Assembly: GCA_964554425.1 (NCBI GenBank) | Contig: CAZKOQ010000001.1 | Coordinates: forward strand, 1 to 56,689 | DNA: 56,689 nt | Reading direction: 5' to 3' | From: an uncultured Pirellulales bacterium | GTDB lineage: Bacteria > Planctomycetota > Phycisphaerae > Sedimentisphaerales > Anaerobacaceae | In this document: piece by piece, positions 27,634 to 36,607 of the stretch | Numbering within the stretch: the first letter of the stretch is position 1 | Layout: each line of letters opens with the position of its first letter | Made by a program: the position numbers and the translations under genes | Notes under the pieces: model-generated | Databases searched by the model: none | What the model was told of the DNA's origin: nothing | What the model saw: the letters and a program-made list of their open reading frames with translations, nothing else

Positions 27634-28377
27634 ATGGCGCAAGTTTTACTTCAAAACGTTACAAAGATTTTCGAAAAAAAAGTTGCTGCGGTCTCAGGTT
27701 TTAATCTGGAAGTCCGAGACGGCGAGTTTATGGTGATTGTAGGACCGAGCGGCTGCGGCAAAACCACTATCCTGAGAATGATAGCGGGATTAGAGAAGCA
27801 AACCAGCGGCGATATTTATATCGGCGAAACGCTGGTTAACGATGTGCCGCCGAAAGAGCGGGACGTAGCAATGGTCTTTCAGAATTACGCCCTTTATCCG
27901 CACTTAAATATCTATGACAATATGGCGTTTGCTCTGAAGATGCGAAATTTGCCTGCAGCCCGGATAAAAACGCGAGTGGAGGAGACCGCGGCAATGCTGG
28001 GCATTGAGCGATTGTTAGCCAAGAAGCCCCATACACTTTCGGGCGGAGAGCGCCAGCGGGTTGCGGTAGGAAGGGCCATCGTTCGTAATCCCAGGGTCTT
28101 TTTGTTTGATGAGCCGTTCAGTTCTCTTGACGCTGGCTTGCGATTGAGTATGAGGACGGAGCTGAAGGCGCTGCACCGGCGGCTGCGAACCACAACGATT
28201 TACGTTACCCACGACCAGCCGGAGGCGATGTCGCTGGCCGAACGGCTTTGCGTAATGTTCGAGGGCAAAGTTCAGCAGGTAGGCAGTCCTTTGGAGGTGT
28301 CCAAAAATCCGGCCAACAATTTTGTTGCCGGTTTTCTCGGCGCTGCGACAAGTATCATAGAGGATATGGAGGTCTGA
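27634..28377 (+). CDS. importer-type (MalK/UgpC/FbpC-like) ABC ATP-binding protein lacking a C-terminal regulatory domain
   Basis: 247 aa. It has Walker A GPSGCGKTT, Q-loop region AMVFQNYALYPHLNIYDNM, signature LSGGERQRV and Walker B VFLFDEP. It ends just after the FVAGFLG motif. Confidence 0.9.
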   Translation: MAQVLLQNVTKIFEKKVAAVSGFNLEVRDGEFMVIVGPSGCGKTTILRMIAGLEKQTSGDIYIGETLVNDVPPKERDVAMVFQNYALYPHLNIYDNMAFALKMRNLPAARIKTRVEETAAMLGIERLLAKKPHTLSGGERQRVAVGRAIVRNPRVFLFDEPFSSLDAGLRLSMRTELKALHRRLRTTTIYVTHDQPEAMSLAERLCVMFEGKVQQVGSPLEVSKNPANNFVAGFLGAATSIIEDMEV

Positions 28378-28402
28378 CGGGCCGGCGGCGACAATGAGCA
28401 AA

Positions 28403-29893
28403 TCAAATTCGCCACGGCGCACGCATTGCACAGCAGCGCAGGCGGTTCGCCTCTTCGTCGCCGAAGAATTCTTCCTTATCTGGGTCCCACTTCAAAGACC
28501 GCTGCAATTTATACGCTATGGTCGTCAGATGTCCCAGCGATGCGGAACGATGACCAATTTCTTCATCACAGCTTGGTCGCCCACGCGTTTTAATGCACTG
28601 AAGCCAGTTATCGTGGTGGTTGTTTTCGCCGATGTTCACCTGGCGGGTCTTTAATTTCATTTCCTCGAAGATGCTTTCTGGCCCGCCCTCGATGGGCCCG
28701 CCGGTTGACATCGACGTAAGCCAGCCCCTTTCTCCGACGAAAATGCCCCCAAAGTTTCCTGCTAATCGGGCCGTTTCAGGAACTGCCTTATAGACGTCCT
28801 TTACCATTCCCCAGTGGTCAACTAAGTGAAGAAGCGTGCCGTTGGCGTATTTGCAGGTAAGTGTCGGGTATGCTCCGCTATTAGGATGGATAAGCTCTAC
28901 AGGGCCGCTATTCTCCATACCCAGCGCATACTGAATCACGTCCGCACTATGAGAGTGATACCAGGTTACTGAGGCAGCGCCGAAATCCTCGCAGAACGAC
29001 CACGGCACCACGCCCGGAGAGGGATTGATGTGGTAAAGACGGTTGTAGTGGTGCCAAAGGGCGGGGCCGACCCACAGGTCCCAATCCAAACCTTCCGGCA
29101 CCGGCTCAGCCGGCAGAGCAAAATCCAGCGGCACATAAGAGCCGCCGGACTTCCCGACATCCATCATCTGGGCGTAGGGCTTGAAACGGTCGGCTCCGAT
29201 AAAGCCCGCCAGCGTGTTCCACAACGTAAAGACCGATTTTACCTTCCCGAGTCCGCCTGCACGGACAAACTCGCAGACCTGCCGGATTGTCGGAATAGAA
29301 CGATATTGGGTGCCGGTCTGGAAGATGCGGCCATACCTGCGCACCGTCTCCACGAGCCGGCGTCCCTGCTGAATTGTTATCGAGATTGGCTTCTCGCAAT
29401 AGACATCTTTGCCTGCCTTGGCGGCGTCAATCGCCTGCAAGGCGTGCCAGTGGTCGGGCGTAACAATTACCACGGCGTCGATGTCCGAGCGGGCCAGCAG
29501 CTCGCGATAGTCATTATACGCAGCACAGCCGCTATACTTGCCCTGAACCATACGGTTCACGGGCTTGCCGCTGGAGCTGTCGGCGGCGTCCGTTTCCTCC
29601 ACGTGCCGCTTGCCGTCCTCGCACCGCAGACGGTCCACATCGCAGACGGCTAACACTTGAAAATCCCGGTCGCCGGCCAGCCGGTGCAAATGACCGCCGC
29701 CCATCAGGCCTTTACCAATCAAGCCGACCGTGATTCGCTCACTCGGCGCAACATTCTCGTCCGCACCCATCGCCGAGGATGGGATGATAAGTGGCACAGC
29801 GGCCGCTCCTGAAATTGCGAGCGTCCGGCGCAAAAATTGTCGCCGGCTCATCTGTTGGGATCCCCTTTTTAGGGATTCTCTTATTTGTGTCAT
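28403..29893 (-). CDS. Tat-signal Gfo/Idh/MocA family oxidoreductase
   Basis: 496 aa. It has a twin-arginine leader (MSRRQFLRRTLAISGAAAV) and a Rossmann segment (VGLIGKGLMGGGH). The ATG overlaps the upstream stop (ATGA at 29890-29893). Confidence 0.88.
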   Translation of the reverse strand: MTQIRESLKRGSQQMSRRQFLRRTLAISGAAAVPLIIPSSAMGADENVAPSERITVGLIGKGLMGGGHLHRLAGDRDFQVLAVCDVDRLRCEDGKRHVEETDAADSSSGKPVNRMVQGKYSGCAAYNDYRELLARSDIDAVVIVTPDHWHALQAIDAAKAGKDVYCEKPISITIQQGRRLVETVRRYGRIFQTGTQYRSIPTIRQVCEFVRAGGLGKVKSVFTLWNTLAGFIGADRFKPYAQMMDVGKSGGSYVPLDFALPAEPVPEGLDWDLWVGPALWHHYNRLYHINPSPGVVPWSFCEDFGAASVTWYHSHSADVIQYALGMENSGPVELIHPNSGAYPTLTCKYANGTLLHLVDHWGMVKDVYKAVPETARLAGNFGGIFVGERGWLTSMSTGGPIEGGPESIFEEMKLKTRQVNIGENNHHDNWLQCIKTRGRPSCDEEIGHRSASLGHLTTIAYKLQRSLKWDPDKEEFFGDEEANRLRCCAMRAPWRI

Positions 29894-31662
29894 AATTCTC
29901 CTTGCTTGGCCAGTTGGACGCTCATCTTATTGAAAAACTTAATGCTCTGGGTGATTGCGGGCATCGAGCCGCTCCCTTTGTGGAGGTATTCGATGCCAAA
30001 AATAATGGGCTTGAGACCGAGGTGGATTTCCTCGAAAAGCAGACCTATTTTTCCAACTCCGGTGCCCCAGGGCACATCGCGCCCTTCACCGGTCAGTTCG
30101 CCAAGGTCGCGGACCAGTAGGATAATCAGGCGATCTCGCAGCAACCGAATGGCTTCGACAGGGTCGATACCAGAGCCCATCCAGGAGGCGGTGTTGCCGC
30201 AGGCACCAATCCGTTTGCTTCGGCCATTGCAGACCTTCAAGGCCTCCTGGGTCTCCCCATAGCGTTGTGTGGCTTTATTATTGCGATTTGAAATAGCGAG
30301 ATTGATGTCATACTCATCACAGAGCCGCTCGATGGTATCCAATACATCGGGCGAGTACTCTGCGATGAGTGTCTCAATACCCATTTTGTGTGCGAATTGG
30401 AAGACATTATGACAACCGGCCTGGTCGGAAGGCATAAAGTGAATATGATATGTTAGCAAACGGACGCCAGAGGCATCCAGCTTCAATCGAATCTGCCTCA
30501 TCTCATCGTTACTGAGTTGCCCATCGAAGTTTTTGGGTATCTCGCTGCTAACTTTTTGAAGATTCGAGCTGCCGATATACAATAGACTAAGTTCGGCTGC
30601 TTTGTCGATGGCCTCAAAGAGCGTAAAGTTGCCGGAGGAGACCGGCATAAGCTCCAGACGCCAGCCGAGCTGCTCCTGCGCACGGACTGCCGTAGTCAGT
30701 TTGCTGCTCGGAGTCGCAGGTGCTGGCAGGTCGCCTAAGACGAATTGAGCGGCGGAAAGATAGAATTGCAAAATCTTCGGGTCCCAGAAGACATAAGGAT
30801 TGTGCGCAATGGTGGAGTAGAAAATGCGCCCTCGCCCGTATTGCCGCACCCACGCCAGGGCGTAGTCGTTGTCCTCACGGAGGCAGTCGCCACGCGCCTG
30901 TCCCTGACCGGTGCCGGTTTTTTCAGTGCCGATGCTCAGGAGCACCCTTACCCTGTGCCTCGAATAGGGCTCGTGGAAGCGAAAGAACTCATCGCGGAAC
31001 TCGAAGCCCTTGCCGTCAAAAGGCCGATTGAGAGGGTGGCCGGGGTCATCGAGCTTGATTAAGATGCGTTCATCGCTGTCACGATGATTCGCGCCGCGTG
31101 CGCCTAACATTATACCGAACTCCGGCCAGTCCTCATAAGCGCCTGGCCAGCGGGTGAATGCCACCGAAGTTCCGTGAACCCCAAAGAGTCCTCCGCCGCC
31201 ATAAACAAATTCGATTAAGCCCTGCCTCAAAGCGGGGTCTTCAAAAAGATTGCCGACGGTGTTGTTGAGAAATACGGCGTCAAACTGCTTCAGATTCTCA
31301 GGCCTGAAGACGGAAGGGTCTTTGCTTATTACTGTCTGAAAAGCTCTTGTCTTTTCACCCATCAACGTAAAAGCCAGGTTGGCGGTGGAAATGGAACTGT
31401 GCCCACCGTAGCCGACATTGAGGTCGAAAATCAAAAGCTTTCGACGCTCGCGAGGCATAACGAGGGGCTTGCTTGGAATCGCTGCTTCAATCCGCTGCCG
31501 CTCGCCGGCGTCGATGACGACCTGCGCTTCTGCACCGTCAGGCATAAGCGATGGCGCTGCGACTATCCCCGCCGCACCTGCCAGAAAATCTCGGCGCGAA
31601 ATACCTCGCGATTGTGTTTGAGAACAGGATTGGAAATCTGCTCTGCTATGTGGCGGCTCCAC
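29890..31662 (-). CDS. Tat-signal ThuA-like domain fused to a xylose isomerase-like TIM barrel
   Basis: 590 aa with leader ISRRDFLAGAAGIVAAP. The N-terminal half is ThuA/GATase1-like (KLLIFDLNVGYGGH...FDAVFLNNTVG...GGGLFGVHGT...RIFYSTIAHN). The C-terminal half aligns with the 3647-4606 protein (GRSKRIGACGNTASW versus GRSKRIGACPDTGHW). Confidence 0.85.
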   Translation of the reverse strand: MEPPHSRADFQSCSQTQSRGISRRDFLAGAAGIVAAPSLMPDGAEAQVVIDAGERQRIEAAIPSKPLVMPRERRKLLIFDLNVGYGGHSSISTANLAFTLMGEKTRAFQTVISKDPSVFRPENLKQFDAVFLNNTVGNLFEDPALRQGLIEFVYGGGGLFGVHGTSVAFTRWPGAYEDWPEFGIMLGARGANHRDSDERILIKLDDPGHPLNRPFDGKGFEFRDEFFRFHEPYSRHRVRVLLSIGTEKTGTGQGQARGDCLREDNDYALAWVRQYGRGRIFYSTIAHNPYVFWDPKILQFYLSAAQFVLGDLPAPATPSSKLTTAVRAQEQLGWRLELMPVSSGNFTLFEAIDKAAELSLLYIGSSNLQKVSSEIPKNFDGQLSNDEMRQIRLKLDASGVRLLTYHIHFMPSDQAGCHNVFQFAHKMGIETLIAEYSPDVLDTIERLCDEYDINLAISNRNNKATQRYGETQEALKVCNGRSKRIGACGNTASWMGSGIDPVEAIRLLRDRLIILLVRDLGELTGEGRDVPWGTGVGKIGLLFEEIHLGLKPIIFGIEYLHKGSGSMPAITQSIKFFNKMSVQLAKQGEL

Positions 31663-31704
31663 TATTTCTTCGCTCCTTGTCTTCCTTCGGAACTATCCAT
31701 CGGC

Positions 31705-33045
31705 TTAAATCATTGTTGTCCAACCTGGCTTGGGCACGGGGTAGCTGCCAGAGGCATCGAGCTTGACGGGCGGCTCCATATCATCGCGGCATTGTTCCGG
31801 CTTGGGCGGGTAATAAAAATCGGATTTGTTAATCTGCTCCCAGGTAACTTCTTTGCCGGTGTAACAGGAGATTTGTCCCATCACGGTAATCATCGTGCTT
31901 CGTGTCATATATTCGCCGTTGTTGACGGGCGAGCCTTTGCGAATCGCCGCAAAAAGAACGTTGTGCTCTTTCTGGTAAGGGTCGCATTGACCATCCCATC
32001 GCCAGTTTGTTTCACCCCAAATCCGGCACTGCAGAACGGACGCCTTGCCTTTGCTGCCGAACACAATACTGGAATTGCTGTCGTAGCACCCATTGGTGGT
32101 GCGGCACAAGGCATAAATTGGCACGCCGTTCTCGAATTCGTAAACGACCGAATGATGGTCGAAGACATCGCCGTAAATGGGCTCAGTCATCGAGGAGCGC
32201 CCGCCCAAACCGTGGCATTTTACGGGTGGCTGGTTGTGCATTACCCAATTGGAACGGTCCAGGTTATGCACGAGCGACTGGACGACATCATCTCCCGACA
32301 GCCAGCGGAAATGGTATTGGGTGCTGCATTGCCATTGAAGCTCCGTCAGTCCCTGCTTTCGCTCGATGACGCCGTAGGGGCCTCGCAGGAAGTTCTCTTC
32401 GATGGCGACTACGTCGCCGATAGCGCCGTCATAGATTCGCTGGACTGTTTCGGCGTAGCCGGTGTGATAGCGGCTTTGAAGACCGGAAACAAGGCAGAGT
32501 CCCTTTTGCTTTGCCAGTTCGGATGCCCGTTGCATAAGCTTGACGCCGGCCGGGTCGATGCCGTGTGGCTTCTCCACGAACACGTGCTTTCCGGCCTGGA
32601 TTGCAGCCATAGCGTGGAATGGGTGAAACTTGGCTGCGTTTGCAATCAGCACTACGTCTGATGATTCAATCACATGCTTATACCCGTCGAAGCCGGTAAA
32701 ACAGTGGTCGTCGTCCACAATGACCTGTTTAGGTTTTTGCTCTTTAAGGCCTTGGCGCTTGTCTTTGACACGGTCCATAAAGATGTCGCACATTGCGACC
32801 AGGCGCGCGCCTGCGTCTGCCGTCAGTGCCTGGGCGGCAGCGCCTGCGTTTCGTCCGCCGCAGCCAATCATACCAACGCGAATGGTGTCGCTGCCGGCGG
32901 CAAAGACGCTGCGACTCAAATTAGGCAGGCCTGACACGGCAGCCGAAGCCGCTACTGTTGAAGCCCTCAAAAAGTCACGCCGCGTGGTTCGACGTTGCTC
33001 ACCACCCTGAGCTTGTCGAAGGGTTGCCATTTTTGCTTTTTTCAT
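31705..33045 (-). CDS. Tat-signal Gfo/Idh/MocA family oxidoreductase
   Basis: 446 aa with leader TTRRDFLRASTVAASAAVSG, a Rossmann motif VGMIGCGGRNAGAA and VEKPHG. Confidence 0.9.
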   Translation of the reverse strand: MKKAKMATLRQAQGGEQRRTTRRDFLRASTVAASAAVSGLPNLSRSVFAAGSDTIRVGMIGCGGRNAGAAAQALTADAGARLVAMCDIFMDRVKDKRQGLKEQKPKQVIVDDDHCFTGFDGYKHVIESSDVVLIANAAKFHPFHAMAAIQAGKHVFVEKPHGIDPAGVKLMQRASELAKQKGLCLVSGLQSRYHTGYAETVQRIYDGAIGDVVAIEENFLRGPYGVIERKQGLTELQWQCSTQYHFRWLSGDDVVQSLVHNLDRSNWVMHNQPPVKCHGLGGRSSMTEPIYGDVFDHHSVVYEFENGVPIYALCRTTNGCYDSNSSIVFGSKGKASVLQCRIWGETNWRWDGQCDPYQKEHNVLFAAIRKGSPVNNGEYMTRSTMITVMGQISCYTGKEVTWEQINKSDFYYPPKPEQCRDDMEPPVKLDASGSYPVPKPGWTTMI

Positions 33046-33067
33046 AGAACTATTCCTTTCTCTTGTT

Positions 33068-34075
33068 CTAATTCCCTATGCTCTTATCATTTGGGTCGAT
33101 GGTTCTTGCTACTCGAAAGCCGATGATGTCCATTTCAGGCAGCCACCATTTGCTTTTTGGAAACTGGGGGTCGCCGGCGCGCCACCACGGCTCTTCAAAG
33201 GTCTTGGCTGCACAGCGCAGCTCCTCCATCGAGCAACGATAGTCACCGCCGCGAGCGGTGTGCACCTTGCCGGTCTTTGGGCCTTGTGGATTGACGGCAG
33301 GATTTTCCACTGCGGACTGCTTGTATGCATCAGGGCTGTAAAAGTCATAGACCCATTCACGGACATTGCCCGCCATATCATAAAGACCCCAGGTGTTGGG
33401 CTTTTTCTTGCCGACAGGGTGCGTTTCGGCTTCGGCGTTATCTTTATACCAGCCGAAATCCGAAATCAGTTTTGAGTCATTTCCGCAGATGAAGGTGTCA
33501 ACAGCGCCCGCCCGGCAGGCATATTCCCATTCTGCCTCTGTCGGCAGTCGATACTTCTTGCCGGTCTTTTTTGAAAGCCACCGGCAAAAAGTCATTGCAT
33601 TGTGCCAGGTCATCCCTATAGCAGGGTGGTCCTTGGCGTAGCCCATCGTCAGGTCTCCATAGACAGGCGTCGGCCCTGTGATTGCGTCAAGTTCGCTTTT
33701 GGCCTGCTCGGCCTCCTTCCTTGCCTCTTCGGTCTCCGTTAAATCTTTTTTTGGAGTAACCGTCTCTTGATAGTAGGCCAGAAAAAGCTCAAGAGTGGTC
33801 TCCGTCGGGCAGAGGTAAAATGGTGAAACTGTCACTTGGTGCTGTGGTCCTTCATCCGGCTCTCGACCCTTCTCGCCATCCGGGCTGCCCATAAGAAACT
33901 TTCCGCCTGGAATCGGGACCATTTCGAAATGGATGCGGTTGCCCTCTTTGTCAACCACGGTCTCGGTATATTTTTTAGGGAGCTTCTCCTCGGCTCCCGA
34001 GGCGCCAAAGCCGATAGAGATACCCAGACAGACAGCCGATACGGCAACGCACTTAACCACGACACTTGTATTCAC
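33068..34075 (-). CDS. FGE-sulfatase (SUMF1/formylglycine-generating enzyme-like) domain protein, secreted
   Basis: 335 aa. The start is a GTG with an AGGAGA 7 nt upstream, followed by a signal peptide. Motifs are MVPIPGGKFLMGS, HQVTVSPFYL, RLPTEAEWEYACRAG, WGLYDMAGNVREW and ARGG. Confidence 0.88.
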   Translation of the reverse strand: MNTSVVVKCVAVSAVCLGISIGFGASGAEEKLPKKYTETVVDKEGNRIHFEMVPIPGGKFLMGSPDGEKGREPDEGPQHQVTVSPFYLCPTETTLELFLAYYQETVTPKKDLTETEEARKEAEQAKSELDAITGPTPVYGDLTMGYAKDHPAIGMTWHNAMTFCRWLSKKTGKKYRLPTEAEWEYACRAGAVDTFICGNDSKLISDFGWYKDNAEAETHPVGKKKPNTWGLYDMAGNVREWVYDFYSPDAYKQSAVENPAVNPQGPKTGKVHTARGGDYRCSMEELRCAAKTFEEPWWRAGDPQFPKSKWWLPEMDIIGFRVARTIDPNDKSIGN

Positions 34076-34180
34076 AAATCATCTCCTAAAGATAAACTGT
34101 TTCGGCCGGCCAAGACATCTTGACCTGCCGCGACGTCTTGTCCTGCTCAATAATGGCTATATTGTTCACCGTTTCCAAAC

Positions 34181-34209
34181 ATTCTACAAAATGAACGGTT
34201 AATTGTCAA
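34181..34209 (-). promoter_or_regulatory. sigma70-type promoter, TTGACA-N17-TAGAAT
   Basis: On the minus strand: -35 TTGACA (34209-34204), a 17-nt spacer, -10 TAGAAT (34186-34181). It lies about 105 nt upstream of the GTG at 34075, the first gene of the 34075-28403 operon. Confidence 0.55.
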
Positions 34210-34216
34210 ATCTCAA

Positions 34217-34248
34217 CCCGCCAGGACGTTCTGGCGGGTCAATTTTTT
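34217..34248 (+). terminator. intrinsic-terminator-like hairpin with no upstream plus-strand gene
   Basis: CCCGCCAG-gacgtt-CTGGCGGG (8-bp stem) is followed by tcaaTTTTTT on the plus strand. It sits inside a divergent promoter region. Confidence 0.45.
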
Positions 34249-34273
34249 GTTGAAATTCGGCTGCTCTTTCGTC

Positions 34274-34291
34274 AAATTACATAAATTACAT
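34274..34291 (+). repeat. perfect tandem 9-mer, AAATTACAT x2
   Basis: AAATTACATAAATTACAT lies about 85 nt upstream of the GH5-like gene start. It is a possible operator or promoter element. Confidence 0.4.
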
Positions 34292-34375
34292 ATACGACAT
34301 CGCTTAGAACAGTCCCGAACAGGCCGCAGCGCGACGTGTGGAGTAGAGAACGAAAGGGCAAAAGGATATTGCTAT

Positions 34376-35545
34376 ATGATGAATAATATAGAACAACCAG
34401 GACGAAATCCGGGGAGTAGTGCTTGTTATTCAGCAACGAGAAAATTTTTGGCCGGCCTTGTCAAATGGTGGCTGCTTCTATGGGCATTAGTAGCTCAAGC
34501 ACAGGCAATCTCACCGGCGACGAGATTTATCCGGGTCTCTGATGACCAACGAGGATTCGTTTTTGAAGGAGACCATAGTCCTTTCATACCGTGGGGATTC
34601 AACTACGACCATGATGAAGGAGGCCGGCTGTTGGAGGACTATTGGAAAACTGAATGGCCGAAGGTGGAAGACGACTTCCGGGAAATGAAGGAGCTTGGCG
34701 CCAACGTTGTCCGCATTCACCTTCAGCTTGGCAAATTTATGCAAAAGATTAACGAGCCGAATGATGTTGCGTTGAATATGCTCGCCCGCCTTGTTGAATT
34801 GGCGCAGCGACTGAACTTATATCTCGATGTAACCGGCCTTGGTTGTTACCATAAAAAAGACGTCCCCCGCTGGTATGACGCACTATCGGAAAAAGACCGC
34901 TGGGATGTGCAGGCCTGCTTTTGGGAGGCCGTCGCCGCTCGCTGCGCCAAGAGTCCCGCCATCTTTTGCTATGACCTGATGAACGAGCCGGTAGTTCCCG
35001 GCGGCCGCAGAAAATCCGGAGAATGGCTTGGACCGCCGTTTGCAGGAAAACACTTCGTCCAGTTTGTCACTCTGAACCAGGCAGGTCGGGCGCGGCCAAC
35101 AATAGCTCGACAGTGGATACAACACCTGACGGCTGCCATCCGTAAGCACGACCGTCGCCACCTAATCACTGTTGGCCTTGTTGAATGGAGCATTGACCGT
35201 CCCGGTCTTACCTCAGGATTTGTGCCAGAAAAAATCGTTGCAGATGTGGACTTTCTCAGTGTCCATATTTATCCTAAAAAGTCGGGGCTTGGCGAGGCAA
35301 TAGAGACCTTAAAGGGTTTCTCGCTGGGAAAGCCGCTTGTTATTGAAGAGACCTTTCCGCTTAACTGCTCCACTGGGGAGCTGGATAAATTTATAGAAGA
35401 ATCACAGACAATCGCCTCCGGTTGGATTGGTTTTTATTGGGGCAAGACAGACGAGCAGTGCCGCCAGTCAAAAGAAATTGTGGATGCCCTGATGCTTGGC
35501 TGGCTGGAACTATTCAAAAAGAGAACAGATGCGCTCAAGCAGTAA
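34376..35545 (+). CDS. glycoside hydrolase, clan GH-A / GH5-like, secreted
   Basis: The start is moved to the ATG at 34376 (MMNNIEQ...), which has an AAAGGA upstream. It has a signal-like helix (WWLLLWALVAQAQA). Motifs are ANVVRIHL, DLMNEP (acid/base candidate) and VIEETF (nucleophile candidate). Confidence 0.72.
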   Translation: MMNNIEQPGRNPGSSACYSATRKFLAGLVKWWLLLWALVAQAQAISPATRFIRVSDDQRGFVFEGDHSPFIPWGFNYDHDEGGRLLEDYWKTEWPKVEDDFREMKELGANVVRIHLQLGKFMQKINEPNDVALNMLARLVELAQRLNLYLDVTGLGCYHKKDVPRWYDALSEKDRWDVQACFWEAVAARCAKSPAIFCYDLMNEPVVPGGRRKSGEWLGPPFAGKHFVQFVTLNQAGRARPTIARQWIQHLTAAIRKHDRRHLITVGLVEWSIDRPGLTSGFVPEKIVADVDFLSVHIYPKKSGLGEAIETLKGFSLGKPLVIEETFPLNCSTGELDKFIEESQTIASGWIGFYWGKTDEQCRQSKEIVDALMLGWLELFKKRTDALKQ

Positions 35546-35608
35546 AGTCAGGGCTGAATGCAGTTGACTGTAAAATTTGAAGTTCGGGCAGAGAATCCTG
35601 CTTAAAAA

Positions 35609-36574
35609 TCATAGTCCCTCAACAGAAGACTTGATATCTTCAAAGTGTCCTTCCGCAAGCTGTTTTCCGTAGTTGCGCAGGGCGCTGCCGATATTACGCC
35701 AGCCGGTCCAGATAGCTTTCTTGCCTCTCGGCGCCGAAAGCTGTTTGGCGACGAGGGTTGCTTCGGCATCGACGAAGCGGTCGAGTGTCTTATTGTCCCA
35801 GGTCGGCATTTTCTGTGCAAGAATTGCCAGTCGTGAGACAATTGTGTCGGTGATAAGGCGGCCGTCTTTGTCCGATGCTTCTTTCGGGTCGCGTCCGCCA
35901 ACGCCCTTGTGAGGAGCATCGCCGAGCCGCGAGAGGTCAACCGTATCAGGATAGAGGTGCATCATAAGCGACGTCTCGCCCCATGCCCCGTGGTCGCCGG
36001 TATAGCCGACATCCATTGCGAGAATGTATTCTGGAGTTCCGAGCACCGGAATTCCGAGCGCACGGCTCATACGAACAGCCGTTTCGCGGACCACTATTTG
36101 CTGGGCGGCGCCGTAGTGACCGGTGAGAATGATGATCGCACGGAAATCGTTGCGCGCCATTTCCCGGCAAAGCTGCTCAAGCCAGGGCCGAAGCAGGTTG
36201 GAGAAGACGCTGTCTTCTGGCTCCATAACAAAAGTATGCGGCTCATTCATTCCCCCGACGCCGCCATATAGCGCCGGCGCAACTAATCCACCGCCTTTTT
36301 CGGCTGCTCGGACACAAAGCGCATGCGCCTTTACCGCGTCAACGCCCACTACGTTATGGACGCCGTGCCATTCAATCGTTCCGAGCGGCTGGAAAATTGT
36401 CGGGCAAGCGGTCTGCGCCTCTTTTAGCTCTTTAGGACGAAGAAACTCAAGTCGCACCTCGCGTACGTTCCGTGCGTCTGATTTGTTTGTTTCTCCTTTT
36501 ACAGTCCGAGGACCAAGTAACACGCCGGCAGCAGCCGAACCTAAAAACTCTCTACGCCCAAGTCCTTCGGTCAT
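35609..36574 (-). CDS. Tat-signal creatininase-fold (creatinine amidohydrolase family) protein
   Basis: 321 aa with leader LGRREFLGSAAAGVLLG. Creatininase-family motifs are GTIEWHGVHNVVGVD, IILTGHYGAAQ and GDHGAWGETS. Confidence 0.78.
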   Translation of the reverse strand: MTEGLGRREFLGSAAAGVLLGPRTVKGETNKSDARNVREVRLEFLRPKELKEAQTACPTIFQPLGTIEWHGVHNVVGVDAVKAHALCVRAAEKGGGLVAPALYGGVGGMNEPHTFVMEPEDSVFSNLLRPWLEQLCREMARNDFRAIIILTGHYGAAQQIVVRETAVRMSRALGIPVLGTPEYILAMDVGYTGDHGAWGETSLMMHLYPDTVDLSRLGDAPHKGVGGRDPKEASDKDGRLITDTIVSRLAILAQKMPTWDNKTLDRFVDAEATLVAKQLSAPRGKKAIWTGWRNIGSALRNYGKQLAEGHFEDIKSSVEGL

Positions 36575-36607
36575 TGCGAACCTCCTTTACAGTGACATGA
36601 TGGCCTC

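Noticed and set aside
31399-32661. A 420-aa plus-strand ORF, the longest ORF here with no annotation.
   Set aside because: It is fully antisense to the 31705-33045 Gfo/Idh/MocA gene and the 5' end of the ThuA-TIM gene, both of which have clear family motifs and Tat leaders. Its translation is low-complexity and Arg/Ala/Gly-rich with no motif, so it is a typical shadow ORF.
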